From Aduncisulcus paluster (Eukaryota), in contig BQXS01011556.1 in the NCBI GenBank assembly GCA_024181965.1, forward strand, positions 1 through 35,897: a DNA stretch of 35,897 nt. The letters are read 5' to 3'. Shown here piece by piece: positions 21,159 through 33,900 of the stretch. The number at the start of each line of letters is the position of its first letter. Within the stretch, counting starts at the first letter, position 1. The notes beneath the pieces are model-generated. The model worked only from the letters and a program-made list of their open reading frames with translations. It did no database searches and was not told where the DNA came from. Made by a program: the position numbers and the translations under genes.

Positions 21159-21938
21159 GCTCATATTCTTGTATTCATGAAACTTTTACTATGTTGCTTG
21201 GTTATCAGTAGATCTATAGGCTTGATTGGAGTCCGAATCATCTTTGCTCATTGTAAGGCATGATGAATCCGTTGACGATTACTCTCTTCAACTTCTGTCC
21301 AAAGCGAATTCAAAGCAATCCAATCCGAGTAGATCCCGTGTCATTACCTCAGAATCAAGTTATATTGTCCCACAAACGAGTGAATTGGATTCTTTGAGTA
21401 TCTCTTCAACAATTCAGAGTTCTATTGAATATCGGGATTCGAGAGGATTCGACAAGAAGAAAGAAGAATAATGGATATCAAGATCAATAATAAACATTTT
21501 GTAAACCGGCCTAATTTAAAGAGCCCAACACTTTTTTAGGGAGGTATATTGTCAATTCCAGTGGAATTTGTTGCAATTGATCGTAAATAAATTCATCATA
21601 TTTGAATAGATAAGGTTCTAGGAGGTCAAGAAAACTTTAACCAAGAATAAAGAACATAAGGAATACTTAACTTTCATATAATGGAATATAAATGTGGATT
21701 AAAGTGGAATGTTAGGCTATTATATTTATAAACGTATTGTATCATGAACAAAACCTAATTTATTGTTTCCAACTCCCTTGTTGATTTATATGCAGGTAAA
21801 ATATATTGTATTCTTTATCATATACATTTTATAAAATTATATTACTTAAAAGTGGTATATTATTGATGATAACAATTATCGTTGATTGTTTTGTTATTTT
21901 GTACGGTTTCTATTGTATCATATTTCTAAACATCATTC

Positions 21939-24900
21939 ATGCCGTTTTCATCTAATATTGATGAACGATTTAGTCCGTCAAAATTAAAGTTTTTCTTATC
22001 TTCTGGGATTTTCCCAATTAAAACGTCTATATCGCGTATTATTGCTTCACTTGATGTAGTTTTGCCAAGTTTAAACGAAATTATATCTAGTGTGGGATAT
22101 TTACTTCCTATATGTATTTTTGTTTTATATTTAGGCTTCTCTCTTCTAAATGTTGTCCCATGCGCTTTTTCTGAAACAGTTGCATCTTTTCATGAGAATA
22201 TTTCCCCACTGCTTGTAAGAATATCAATATATCTTTGTTGTTTCATCGTTCCTTTGTGTTATTTGCTTGTCTATGTCCTGGGTCGCCGATGTTCTGTTTT
22301 TTTATGTCATATTGCTCAGCCTTTGACTAGAGTTGAAACTATTCCCGCCAATGAACAGGTTATATTTTCTAAATTCAATCGATTGATGGCAGTTTTGTGC
22401 ATATTCTTTATTCGAATTGTGTTCACTACTCTCTCTCCGTGTTTGTTGCACCCTTTCTTCTCACTTTATCAGCAAAATATATCATTAAGCGATGTTTTGA
22501 TGTGTGTTTTATTATGTATTGTGGCTGTGGCGGGACTTACCTTGAACTTTCTCTTTAATGATGTTTCCTCCTCTTCTATTCCTTTTCTACGGCTTCCTTT
22601 TTCAGTAATAACTCCGGCAAACCATCGTATTTTCTCAATCGTTCCTATTATTAACATTTTAGCGCCAGTATTTGCTGTATTTTCCCCCTCTATTGGAGAT
22701 TCAATGGCTATCTTTCTCAGTCTATTTTTAGCATCTTATTTTGTTAAAAAACGACCATGCTCATCGCACCATGTTAATTCTAGTCTTGCGGCATTTGTGA
22801 TAGCCTGGGTAGCCTTCTCCATGGTTAGAATCCTGCTCTATTTCATTTTCTACACCGATTCTTCTATACCCCAATGTATTTCACACGATACCGATTCATT
22901 ATTTACTAAATTTAGAAATGAAATATGTGACATATATTGTGAACGGTCCTCCCCGTTTAGTTCTGGCTGGGTATTTGGATGTTTCTACCTCTTTCTATTT
23001 GTTCTTTTGTTCATTATTGCTACATGCATATTTGAGCATATATTTCATGGCTTTTTGTCAAACATTATTGAGCATATGTATGCTTTGGGCACCGGTGGAT
23101 CCGAACCAACGTGTGTTGTGTCCAAGGTTAAAGCCTCAGAGTTGTCCCATGGGTATTTTTCAGAGCTTTTGACATATTCAAAGACTCAGATCCTTAGGAG
23201 ACTTCGAAAAGCTCACTCTGGGTTAGCCATACCAAAAGTTTATTCCTCAATCACTCAGGATAAATCTTATAAGTTCAATTTATTCGATACCAACTCCCAA
23301 GCAATGTTTAATATGCACGGTAGACCTCTCATTAGTGGGCCTGGAATAGCTCCATTCGTTGAGAAAGTCTCAACTGACTCTGAATGTGATGCTAAATCAT
23401 TCTTAAGCGATATTGGACCTCCTCTTAATGGTGGCACTCTTGCATGTGTTTTGTTTGGAATTCCTATATTCGTAGTGGAAACTGTTTTATGGTGGCTTTT
23501 AGTGATTATATATTCGTTTATTTATGTAATATTCCAACCCCATCGTATTCATTTGTGGAGAATGCTGAAGAAAGAGAAGATATTACAGTCCAAATATGAA
23601 ATGCTAGAATTTATTCATGAAAGGATTCCTCATGTAGAAAAAATACAACCCATTCCACATTTGAGGAATCAAATATCAACTTCTTCTCACCCAAATCATC
23701 TAAATTTAGAATCTCTAATTAATACGTCTGCGTCCCCTCCTGATATTTTGAGGATTGTTGACAAAAAATCAAAGATGAGAAAGAGAAGAGGTGAAGAGGA
23801 GGAGGAAGAGAAGGGAAAAGAATCATCTCGATCCTCCTCTTCCCATTCTTCTCACTCTTCTATAAATAGACACATTCATAGTGAGGAATATTCCTCATCT
23901 TCCTCGTCTCTTTCAGTTTTTGAGGTGCCAGAAATATCAGGAAATATCCAGGTTATTCAACTTGATGATGAAGATAAAGCAGGGATAAAGAAAGAAGATG
24001 TGAAAGTAATCATCGAAAAAGAAAAAGAAGAAGAGGAAGAAGAAGAAAGAAAATCGCAGGAAATGAAGCAAGAAAGAAAAGAATCCAAGAAAAAGAAGAA
24101 GAAGAGGAAAAGGAACAAAGGAGCTGAAAATGATATCTTTGAAGACCTTGAGTCAACTTCCATTGATGAATTACGTTCTAAATATAGCCATCTTGAGAAG
24201 GAAGTGAAGAAATTAGAGGAATCTCTAATGAAACCGAATCCCTTCCCGTCCCCTGGTGATCTATTTTTATCCTCTCCTTTCTTAAGCTTTGGACATTCTC
24301 TGCGATTGGAACTAAGGAAATCTGAGTATGAAAAGCATGAGCAATTAGAGCTTGAAGAGTCTATTCTTGCTCAAAAGGCTGAGGAGGAAGCGTTGATTGA
24401 AAGATCTTTGTTTACAAGTGCTAATATTGGGCACGTTCAACAACACATGATCGATGAAAGGGATGCATTAGATGCAATAGAGAACAAAATGCAAGCAATG
24501 ATAGATAAATGGATTCTTGAGTTTAATATCACATTTGGAGAAAACGCACAAGTGTCTCATGAGGTTAGATGTTATTCTCCAATCTATAAATTCCTATTCT
24601 TTGGACTTAAATTACATCAATGCATGTTTTTCCCTTCAATATCTTGCTTGATTATTCGTTTGGGTACATATATTCTTCTTCGACGAGTGAAGAAGCTTAA
24701 ATATGAATCTCTTGTAACCCCTGTGAGGAAATTTTGTGTCGATTTTGATATTTTTAGAGAAAATGGACACTCATATTTGTCTTTCTTCAAGTTCCAAAGT
24801 AGAACATGGTTGACATTATCCAAGAGGAAAAATGTTTTAAAAAGAATTATTGAGACCCACTGTCGAAAATTCCTCCCCTTTTTTACTTCAAAGCCTCCAT

Positions 24901-27900
24901 CTATTATTTCACACATTGATGATGACATTATATGGAAGAAATATGAAGAAAAGTATTATTCAAATAGTTTACAAAACATGCCAGACATGAAATATCTTTT
25001 TTCCTCAAACCTTTTCTCACCTGAGATGTATTTTCTATTGTTAGATATCAGTGTGAGTGCAAGATTGAAGAATAACCGAATATATGACAACGCAAAGGAG
25101 AAGCTAGGGGAAGAGAAGACCTGGATGACTCCTCAACGTAATTTCACATCGAGGACTAATCCGTATAATTTACCGCATGATCTTGACCATAACTACGATG
25201 AGCCTTGTATTATAGGGGTTGACATGTTCCAAATGCCTGAATCGCTGGAAACTGTATTTTCATATTTTAAACGGTATATTATGGAACCATTAACAATTAG
25301 AGCTTTTTCTCAGTCGGATAAATATAGAATACTTCAAGAAACAACTCTTCGAATGAGGAATGGAGGTCCAGGAAATCGAGATGGTAATTTCTCTTTTACA
25401 ACTGGATTTCCTGGACTCTCTCTTCAAAATGGAGATATTTCATATGGAGATGGGAGTGACTTTGGGTTTATTTTTGGAGAAGTTATAAATAGAACAAATG
25501 AGTCTATTTTGGGAATGTCCGATGAGTCATTCCGTCGTCTTCAATATCTATCGAAAGAAGACAGGCAGCAACCAAAAACTCTTCAAGTTCACCCTATCTC
25601 TCAGCCTTGGTACAAAGTGTTTCATCGACGCATAACTTCCCATATTTCGAGCATTCTCTCCACACTCTGGTGTAAGCATTCATTCTCATTCGGTGACAGA
25701 GGAGGAACAGGAAGGAGGAAGATTCTCCATCTTTTTTCTAAAGCCCCGATTACATTTCCCATATTTTCATACGTCTATGAATTGTGTGTTGCTGCCCATC
25801 CATACTCTGTGATACCCCACATTGTCTTCGCAAGGTGGTCTGGGTTAGCGATTGGTGACGTTGATAGTGGACTGAGTGTTGTGGGAACTATAAGGCGACG
25901 TCAGTACAGACAAGTCAACTCTGTGGAGGATGCTAACAGTATGCTTCCCTTGTTATCTTTACGGAGAAATACTGAATTATGTTCTTTCTCAAGATATTCT
26001 AAAAATATCGCTTGTTCTAGAAACAAATCAAAATCTAATCTCAAACCGAACATGAAATTCTCACGGTTACAAATCAATTCTTTTGCACAAGACAAATTGG
26101 AAGGAGAAAGTCCGAAGAGTGTTTTATTTGAGGAAAAATGGGACAGATATATTCTCTCTTTTTCTGAATGTGTAAGTGGCCCCCATGAGTATTTGTCCCC
26201 AACAAAATGTGAAGATGCTTTATTGATGCGAATCGAAGCTACTTGTACTGCAGTTGCTTCTAATTTGTTAAGACACAACTCTAAAATGTTATTTTCTATC
26301 AAGAAGGCCCTGTCAAAGCTTATCATGGAAAATTCATCTCTTCAGGGGCCCATGTTTCCTTCCATCACATCCCCCTTCACTGGTGTTGGTAAACAAGCTA
26401 TTGCCAACCCAGAGCAAAAGCATGCAAATCCTGGAAATGGAAAGGACAATAAGAAGAGTGAAAATCCTTCGTCTAAGAAGAAATCGACCATTAAAGTGTC
26501 CATTTCTGTGTCTGTTGATGAATTGAATTACATTGCTCTTCTCTTGTGTGCTGAGAAAATTGGAAGATGGACTCTGCTCCCTGTGCTTGAACAAAGAGTA
26601 TTTCTCATGTATTCTATTTTTAGACACTTATCTTTCCTCCCTGGATGTCTTGCGTATCAAGCCCATGAAGTTTCTTCTTATGCCAGTACGGCATACACCC
26701 TCATTCGACGTGAGTATTTGACCCATAATATTGGTATTATGGCAAGGAATTCTGATGTCAAACGGTATGCGTATGGTGATGTTTCAAACCAACTTTCTCA
26801 GTTTATTTCAAGAAAATTCCTCAAACATCCAGGTGGTAGTGGCAGTAATCCACATCCTGCCAGTTCTAATCCGGTTCATTCCTCCTCATCTTCATCAGTT
26901 TCTCAATCTAATTCTAAATTTAGACAAAACCCTGGCCCTCATGCACGATCATTGAGTCCATCTCCCTCTCCAGCTCTAGGAGTCGATGGGGTTTCAAATG
27001 GAAACTTGAGAATGAAACACCATGCGTATGAACGATCAGGCGCAAGAGTTGCCGAACATTCAAAGGTTCTTTATAGTTCAGCTTATCCACATGCTTTTAA
27101 AACGATTACATTCCCTTTTGACGAGGAGAATATTATCATACACCGATTGGCTTTATATGACAAAATCTGTTCTATTTATAGGTATGTATGTGGTGAGGAT
27201 CATGTTTGGTGTTCTTTATTGCTCTGTATGCGAGACCATTTGTTTGTATGTGAAGAGACTGTGAGGGTTTTGATTGATAAAACTGCGTTGAATGTGTCGA
27301 AATCGTTGGAAAAAGCAGCTATACGATACCTTAATGGAACAATGCCTTCCCCTTCTAAATATAAACATTTAACAAACATGAAGAGTATCCTTACGGCGCA
27401 ACGAAGAATAGCATCAAAAAAATACAATCATTTATATATTGTTAAAGAGAAGCAACCTCCAAAACATCAAGAAAAAAAGGTTGGAAGTGCCGCCACTGTT
27501 GCTGTTCCATCAGGTTCAAAATCAACGGCACCGACTGTTGTTCCATCGGTTCCACCAGGTGTTCCAAAAATAGATACTGCTAATAATTCTATTTCCGTCC
27601 CAACTGCTCCTGAGAAACAATCTGTTGTCAAACCCGATGAATCTGTACCCACCACAAAAGATCAGCGTATCCTTACACTGCAAGACATGACATTTCTCCA
27701 ACAAATCTCTATCGATAATTCGACTGTTAATGGGCAGACTTTTCTCATAGATGTTGACGAGGATTCTACTATCCAGAGAGATAAAGAGAGGAGAAGACAA
27801 GAGAAATTGTTGAGAAACTCGAAATCTCTGAGATTTGAAAAACCCATTGGTTACACGAATGAAGTCGTATCTCTTCCTTGTGCGCTCGATGGTGAGAATT

Positions 27901-30900
27901 CTGTTCGTATTTTACTCTTGTCAAGTCCCTTGCAAAGTCAAGAATATGTCCATACTTTTGCCTTCTTTCAACTGTTGCGTCAGAGCTCGTTTGATACAAA
28001 CAATCAGAATCCGATTTCACATTCTATTTTTGAATTTCCCCCTGTTCCTCGTTATCCTGATAAACTAAGCAGATTTCACGTGCGAAAGAGACCTCCAACA
28101 CGTTTTGCAAGGGATTTGAACTGTGATTTATGGGAAATTGAGAAAAAACGAGAAGTTTCTGCTGAATCTACAAGCTGGGTAGGAAAGAAAAAGAAAGATA
28201 TAAAGGAGAGATTGATGGCTGAATGCAATTTAGACAATATTAAACTTGTGAAGGAGGTGATTCCGTACAAATCTGATTGGAGAAAACAGGTCCAGGCTTT
28301 GATAATGAAATCAATGCAATCTCGACGCGAATCTTGTATTTTGGGATTTGCTCGTGTTGTTTGGGCATTATTAAGTTTATTGGGTGTTTTGGTTATTCTC
28401 ATTTCTATAATTAGCATTGTAACTAATATTAGATACCAAGTGAGTGTCTCAAATCTCCAACAAATCATGGCTGAGAGGAATCATATCTTTGCTGACCTGA
28501 TTTATGCGTCTAGTGTCTACAAAACCACTTACGAAGGAATGTCTCCATTTCAATCTAATTCTCGAGCTATATTATTTGGAAAACAGATTAGATCTCTGTC
28601 GTATGCTTTACTTGAACTTGAATATCGTGTTGAAGAGGCCATGGCATCTGTGTATGATGGATCCCTGACAGCTTCCGAGATGCATTTACAACTCAGACGC
28701 ATATATGGCGGTGGATTGGAGTCATTTAATCTAAATATGGATATTGGAGCCCTCGTATTCTCTCGAAAACGTTCACTACTGGATTATAGGGAGTCATTTG
28801 GACGATATGCACAATATAGACTCAAAAGAAAGGATTTATTCTCCAATGAAAAAGATATTGATGATCTTGTGGACAAATCTTACCCATATTGTGGCACGGA
28901 AGAGGAAGATATCATCGATTTGTCCAATACTTTTGTGTCAAATCCTCTAAATTATATGAATTTAGCATATAGCGATGCCGAATTTGGACATTTTATTAAT
29001 TCTTTGTTACTCTCAAAAGAATCTCAAAACCTTAAAAAATCACACTTTATTCAACAAGAAAAGGATAAATTGGGAATTTCTAATATTAGCACATCAGTTT
29101 CAAAGACTTTTATTGACCCTTTTGTTAATCTTACTCCTCCCCAAGCTATCAAAATATTTGCTAATTTGATGATCCATCTCTCAAAGCATGAGAATAGAGA
29201 ACTATTTGCGTCTATTTTGGACTCTTTATCGGTGTTTGAAAATCTTATGGCACCCTCAGAATCTGCCGAAGCTGTCATTTCGTATCTCCTTGATGATAAT
29301 AATTTTTCCCATGTCCATCAACCGTCTATGACATATCCAATCACCTCTTCAGATTCAAAGGCCACTTCATCGCCTTCCAGCGTCGGAATAGAATTTGCCA
29401 GAGTCTTTATATTTACTGGAATGAACTTGCCTGTTTATATATCACAAGAATCCATGATTGTGACATCTATTCTGAACAAATTGGATGGATTTTCACTTAC
29501 TGGAACCCTTAGCCTTGTGATATTGGTGCTTCTTTTCATTACTTTGATCATATCTATGGTTGTTCTGACTGTCGCGAGTCTTCATATGAATTATTTTTCA
29601 ACCAATTTGGCTGTAAACTCAAAAGTATTCATTTCAAATCAACAATGTGCCGACAAACTATTGTTAAGTGATAAAATATTTGTCTATTCTCTCGGTGCTA
29701 TGAGACATTTGACCCCACAAGAGATTGGATGCACAGCTCCTTTCTATCCTGAGATAAACACGTCAATGAACACGTTCAGTGAACCTAGAGTCCAGCCAAG
29801 TATTGGAAGCCTCAGTTTTAACGAAAGTGTGAGCTTTATTCATGCCTCTGGAGTTTGTAACTATGCCTGTTCATTGTACTCCACCGCCGGGAAAGCTCCT
29901 ATATTTGAAGATCCAGAACATACAACTTTGACAGTGGGCGGCTCACGTCGCCACTCTTCTCACACCGGAAATCATTCTGCTGCCGCACATACGGGGAATC
30001 ACGAGAGAGGACATCATGTTGTTTTGTCATCAACTACAACAACCGTTGAGCGAGGAGAAGGAAGGGGGGAGAAAACAGGGGGATCTGGAAAACCAAAGGA
30101 AGTTGCTCCTACATCGACCAAACAATCCGATAAAGAATCCATTATATCTGACAAAAAACACGGTCAATTGCATGAAAAGACAGAAAAAGTTGTCCAGTTA
30201 ATCACTGAACGTATTCAAAGAAATCAAATGGCTAGGATGCAAAATGCATTTGTCTCATCTCCCTTCGAATCGACTGAGGATAGTCTGAGTGATATGGATA
30301 TGCTTGGTGGTTGTGATGTCCTAGATAAAAGGTTTAATCCTTCAGATACCCATGTGATTGAAACTGCTACTAATAATCTTCTAGCGCAAATATGTGAATA
30401 TTCTCAACCTCCAACTTCAAACCTATGCGATTTACAGTTGAAGAAAAGGAATCCTAAGAGAAGCAAATTCAGTCTTTTCGATGAATGCAAGTGTGTTAAA
30501 GATAAGATGAGAGATCGGGAACACATTCGAATTGTTTCAAGGGGTCCAAAGTCTTCTTATACGGCTCATCGAAAGATAGTTCGGTCGATTGATTGGATGG
30601 ACAAAGGTTCTTTGTCTCCCAGTTGGATTATCGGGGTGTTATTTGCTCTCGGTGGATGCATTACAATCGCTTACTATCAAAATGGTCAGCATTCTCTCCT
30701 AAAAGCTCATGGAGAGTTCTCTCTGTCTCATCCTCAAGCTCTGAAGGCTATAATTAGCAAAATTACTGAGAATATGTCGATCGTTCAATTCGGATTGAAT
30801 TATGTTGCCAGTGGGGATGTCGAGAGTGCCGTGGCTTATAAGAAAATGCTGAATACTCTGATGTTGTCTGAATCTATTCAACAGTTCATGAGAATGGCTC

Positions 30901-33900
30901 GTGAAGAATCTGATGGTACAAGTTTATTTTCGAGCCTTTATGAATACTTTGAGTCTGTGATGAATATTATTTCTGTTATTCAACCAATGATGGGAAGGCG
31001 ACGCCAGTATGATTTGATGAGTGGAAATATCGAAAGAATGGAAGAAACTGTGTTCCTTGAGCATCTCGACTATTCTTTTATTGAGTATGTTCAGTTTGAT
31101 GGGTTTTATTCGGATGATTTGAGGGATAATTATGAAAATATGGTTAATTGGTGTGAAAATGGATTTGGAATACATCCGGAATACATTGAAAGGATGTTTA
31201 TTGGAGAAAAGAGGAAAATACGAGATGATATCGTTCTTATCTGTCCCGTTGTCGACTATTATAGACCCCTATGGAGAACTGAACAAGATATTCGAAACTT
31301 TTTCTCATGTGATCTATTTTTAGATGCAGTTACTCAAGTTGAGACTTCCAAATCCTCTCTCATAAACGCTGTGGTGAATACTTCTGCCTTTGTTCGAAGC
31401 GATAGCAGTTGGTTAGGAACTTTTAACAATCAACAGGGTTTACCATGGACAGCCGAGAGTACTTCAAATATCAATAGTCGAAACCTCTCTATAACAACTC
31501 AAAAGAATGTTATTTTACTTATGTTAGTTCTTGGAACGATTCTCCATTGTATCGTTGTTATTGTGAAACAAGTAAGAAAATGCATGAAACTTGATAAAAA
31601 GATTATGACACAATATGATTACTTGGATGGATCTGATAATTTCTTTAAGATCTTGTCATGGAAACAATCGATTGTCATTTCACTTACTTCATCTATTTTC
31701 TATACTCTTCTTGTAATTGCTTTGTTTGTATTGTTAATGTTTGAATCAATATTATTACATTTCCAGAACTCTGGAATTAATGATATAAATTCCGAGCATC
31801 TTACAACACTTATGTATACTGAAAAATACTTGAACGATTTCCTTGTGACTCAGATTCCTTACTATTCACGAGCACAACTTAAACACGACGTGACCAATAT
31901 TGAGAATGCAGCTTCATTGATGGAATTATATTATTCGAATAATCCCGAGTTATATCAACAAATGAAAACATACAAATCAATTAACAATGATAAAGAATAT
32001 GTTCTGGAAAATCTATTGATGCAGTTAGCCGTTGCAAGCGATTCCGACGTTGTTAAGGCTTATATTGATAACCAACGATATAACGCGGGTGATAGTGTAT
32101 CCATGGATGCTGATTATCTAAGTTCTTTTAATGCTGTCCATCCAGGTGTTAAATCAATCACAGCGGGACTTTCTTCTCTGATTTCACCGCCTCCTGGGGT
32201 TCTTTCTCTTCGAACTCTAATCAAATTGCATGGCCAGCAGATGATTTATAGAGCTTTAGCTCTGAGAATTCTTTCTGCAAGTATTGGAGAGGATTTCAAT
32301 GAGTTTTGCGAGGCCAGATTGAACTCTATTCCTATTTTTAGCGTTGGACATCAGTGGCGCAATGCCGATGAAGGTAGAAAACTTCATCGAAGTGGGGGAA
32401 TGTATCGAACTAAAGAGAGTGAACAAGAGATGGCATGGTATTCTCTCGCTGAAGAGTTTTATCTGCATGTTTATCAGGATCAAGGTGACAATTTACATAT
32501 TTCAAAGAATATTGGGGATATTTCAAGCAACCAATGGAACTCTTTGTTGCATCATTATGAAATTAAGTATAGTCAATGTTTGGCAGAAAAACAATTGAAC
32601 GAAGATGTGTTTTGCTCTCCTCCATCCAAACAAACCCATGATCTAATTCTTCCATTGACACTCACTGGTGATGCTCACTGGGCTTTTCAGAGAATATTGG
32701 TCAGTGTGAAGACTTTCTTTGACTCGAGTGTGATCAGTATGAGAAATTTAACTGAAAAGGTTTTCAATGATCCAACATTTGTGAATGTCAGGAATTGTGC
32801 TTATCTGTTCTGTCTGCTCTTATTCCTCACGGCTCCTATCATAATTGTTATATATCTCCGACATTTCCTTATTTGCTCGGCTTTTTACGTTTCAGTACAA
32901 GATTTTGACGGCTCAAACCGAGTATTACCGGCAATATCGGAGAAATATAAAAAATCTAAGAAACTTGCTAAAAAAATCTCTGGATCTTCTTCTGCAGTCA
33001 TTCCTTCTTCTTATTCTTCAAGAGAAGGTAGTTCTCTATCTCTTCCAAAACATCAACGAGATAAAGATAATATTGTAGATTGTGGTTGTTTCTCAGACAG
33101 TTCTAAAATTAGCCAACTTTCTTCTGAGCATGGTAGTACCAATGGAATATCTTCTTCTGATTATCCTATGGAGACTCTTAATGTTCATGTTTCGAATTCT
33201 ACCCCTTCATCGTGTCAAGTGTTTGTCAGGGAGCGTTGTTGCATTTTCTTGATGTTTGCTATTACTTCTGTTCTCCTAATTCTTGTGATTATATGTGGTG
33301 CCAACTTTCAGGATGGTTTCCATTATACGAGTAACTCTATGATATTCTTTTCTTTGGAAGATATATTTTCAAGCTCAGCAATGGCCTTGTCTCTTTTCCA
33401 GAGAGGTGATGATTTAATGACACGGCATATGGCAAAACACATGCTTCAACATACTTTTCGGGCTGAAATATGTGCTGTATTGGCAAGTATAGGGAAGAAA
33501 GGTATTAATATTGGGTACGGGAGTATATTACCTTATATTCAGACAATTGTCGATGCAAAAGAGGTTGAGGAAGCATCAAATGCGGATGATGGAACGTTGC
33601 CCTTGTTTAATAACACTTCTCGGCATGTTTATAATCATTTCTCCATCTCTGATGAGCTTCGAGAAGAAATTCTTGATCCTGAATCAATTTCTACTTTCCA
33701 CGAGATATTCATTCCTTACATTGTTTCGCTTTCATCGATGGCTTTTGCAGATATCCATGCAGATAGTCAACGAATTGACAATATGTCATCCATGCTTCAT
33801 CAACTCTCAGCCGATGTTCAGCCCGGGGATGATGATCCGCGATATTCATGTCATCTCGTGTCTCCAATTTCACAATTCCTTGCAAAATCACTACGATTTA

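Noticed and set aside
21226..21471. 81-aa Ser-rich ORF downstream of the kinase
   Set aside because: It has a TTG start, no ATG and low complexity. At most it is a relic C-terminal tail and cannot be supported as a gene.
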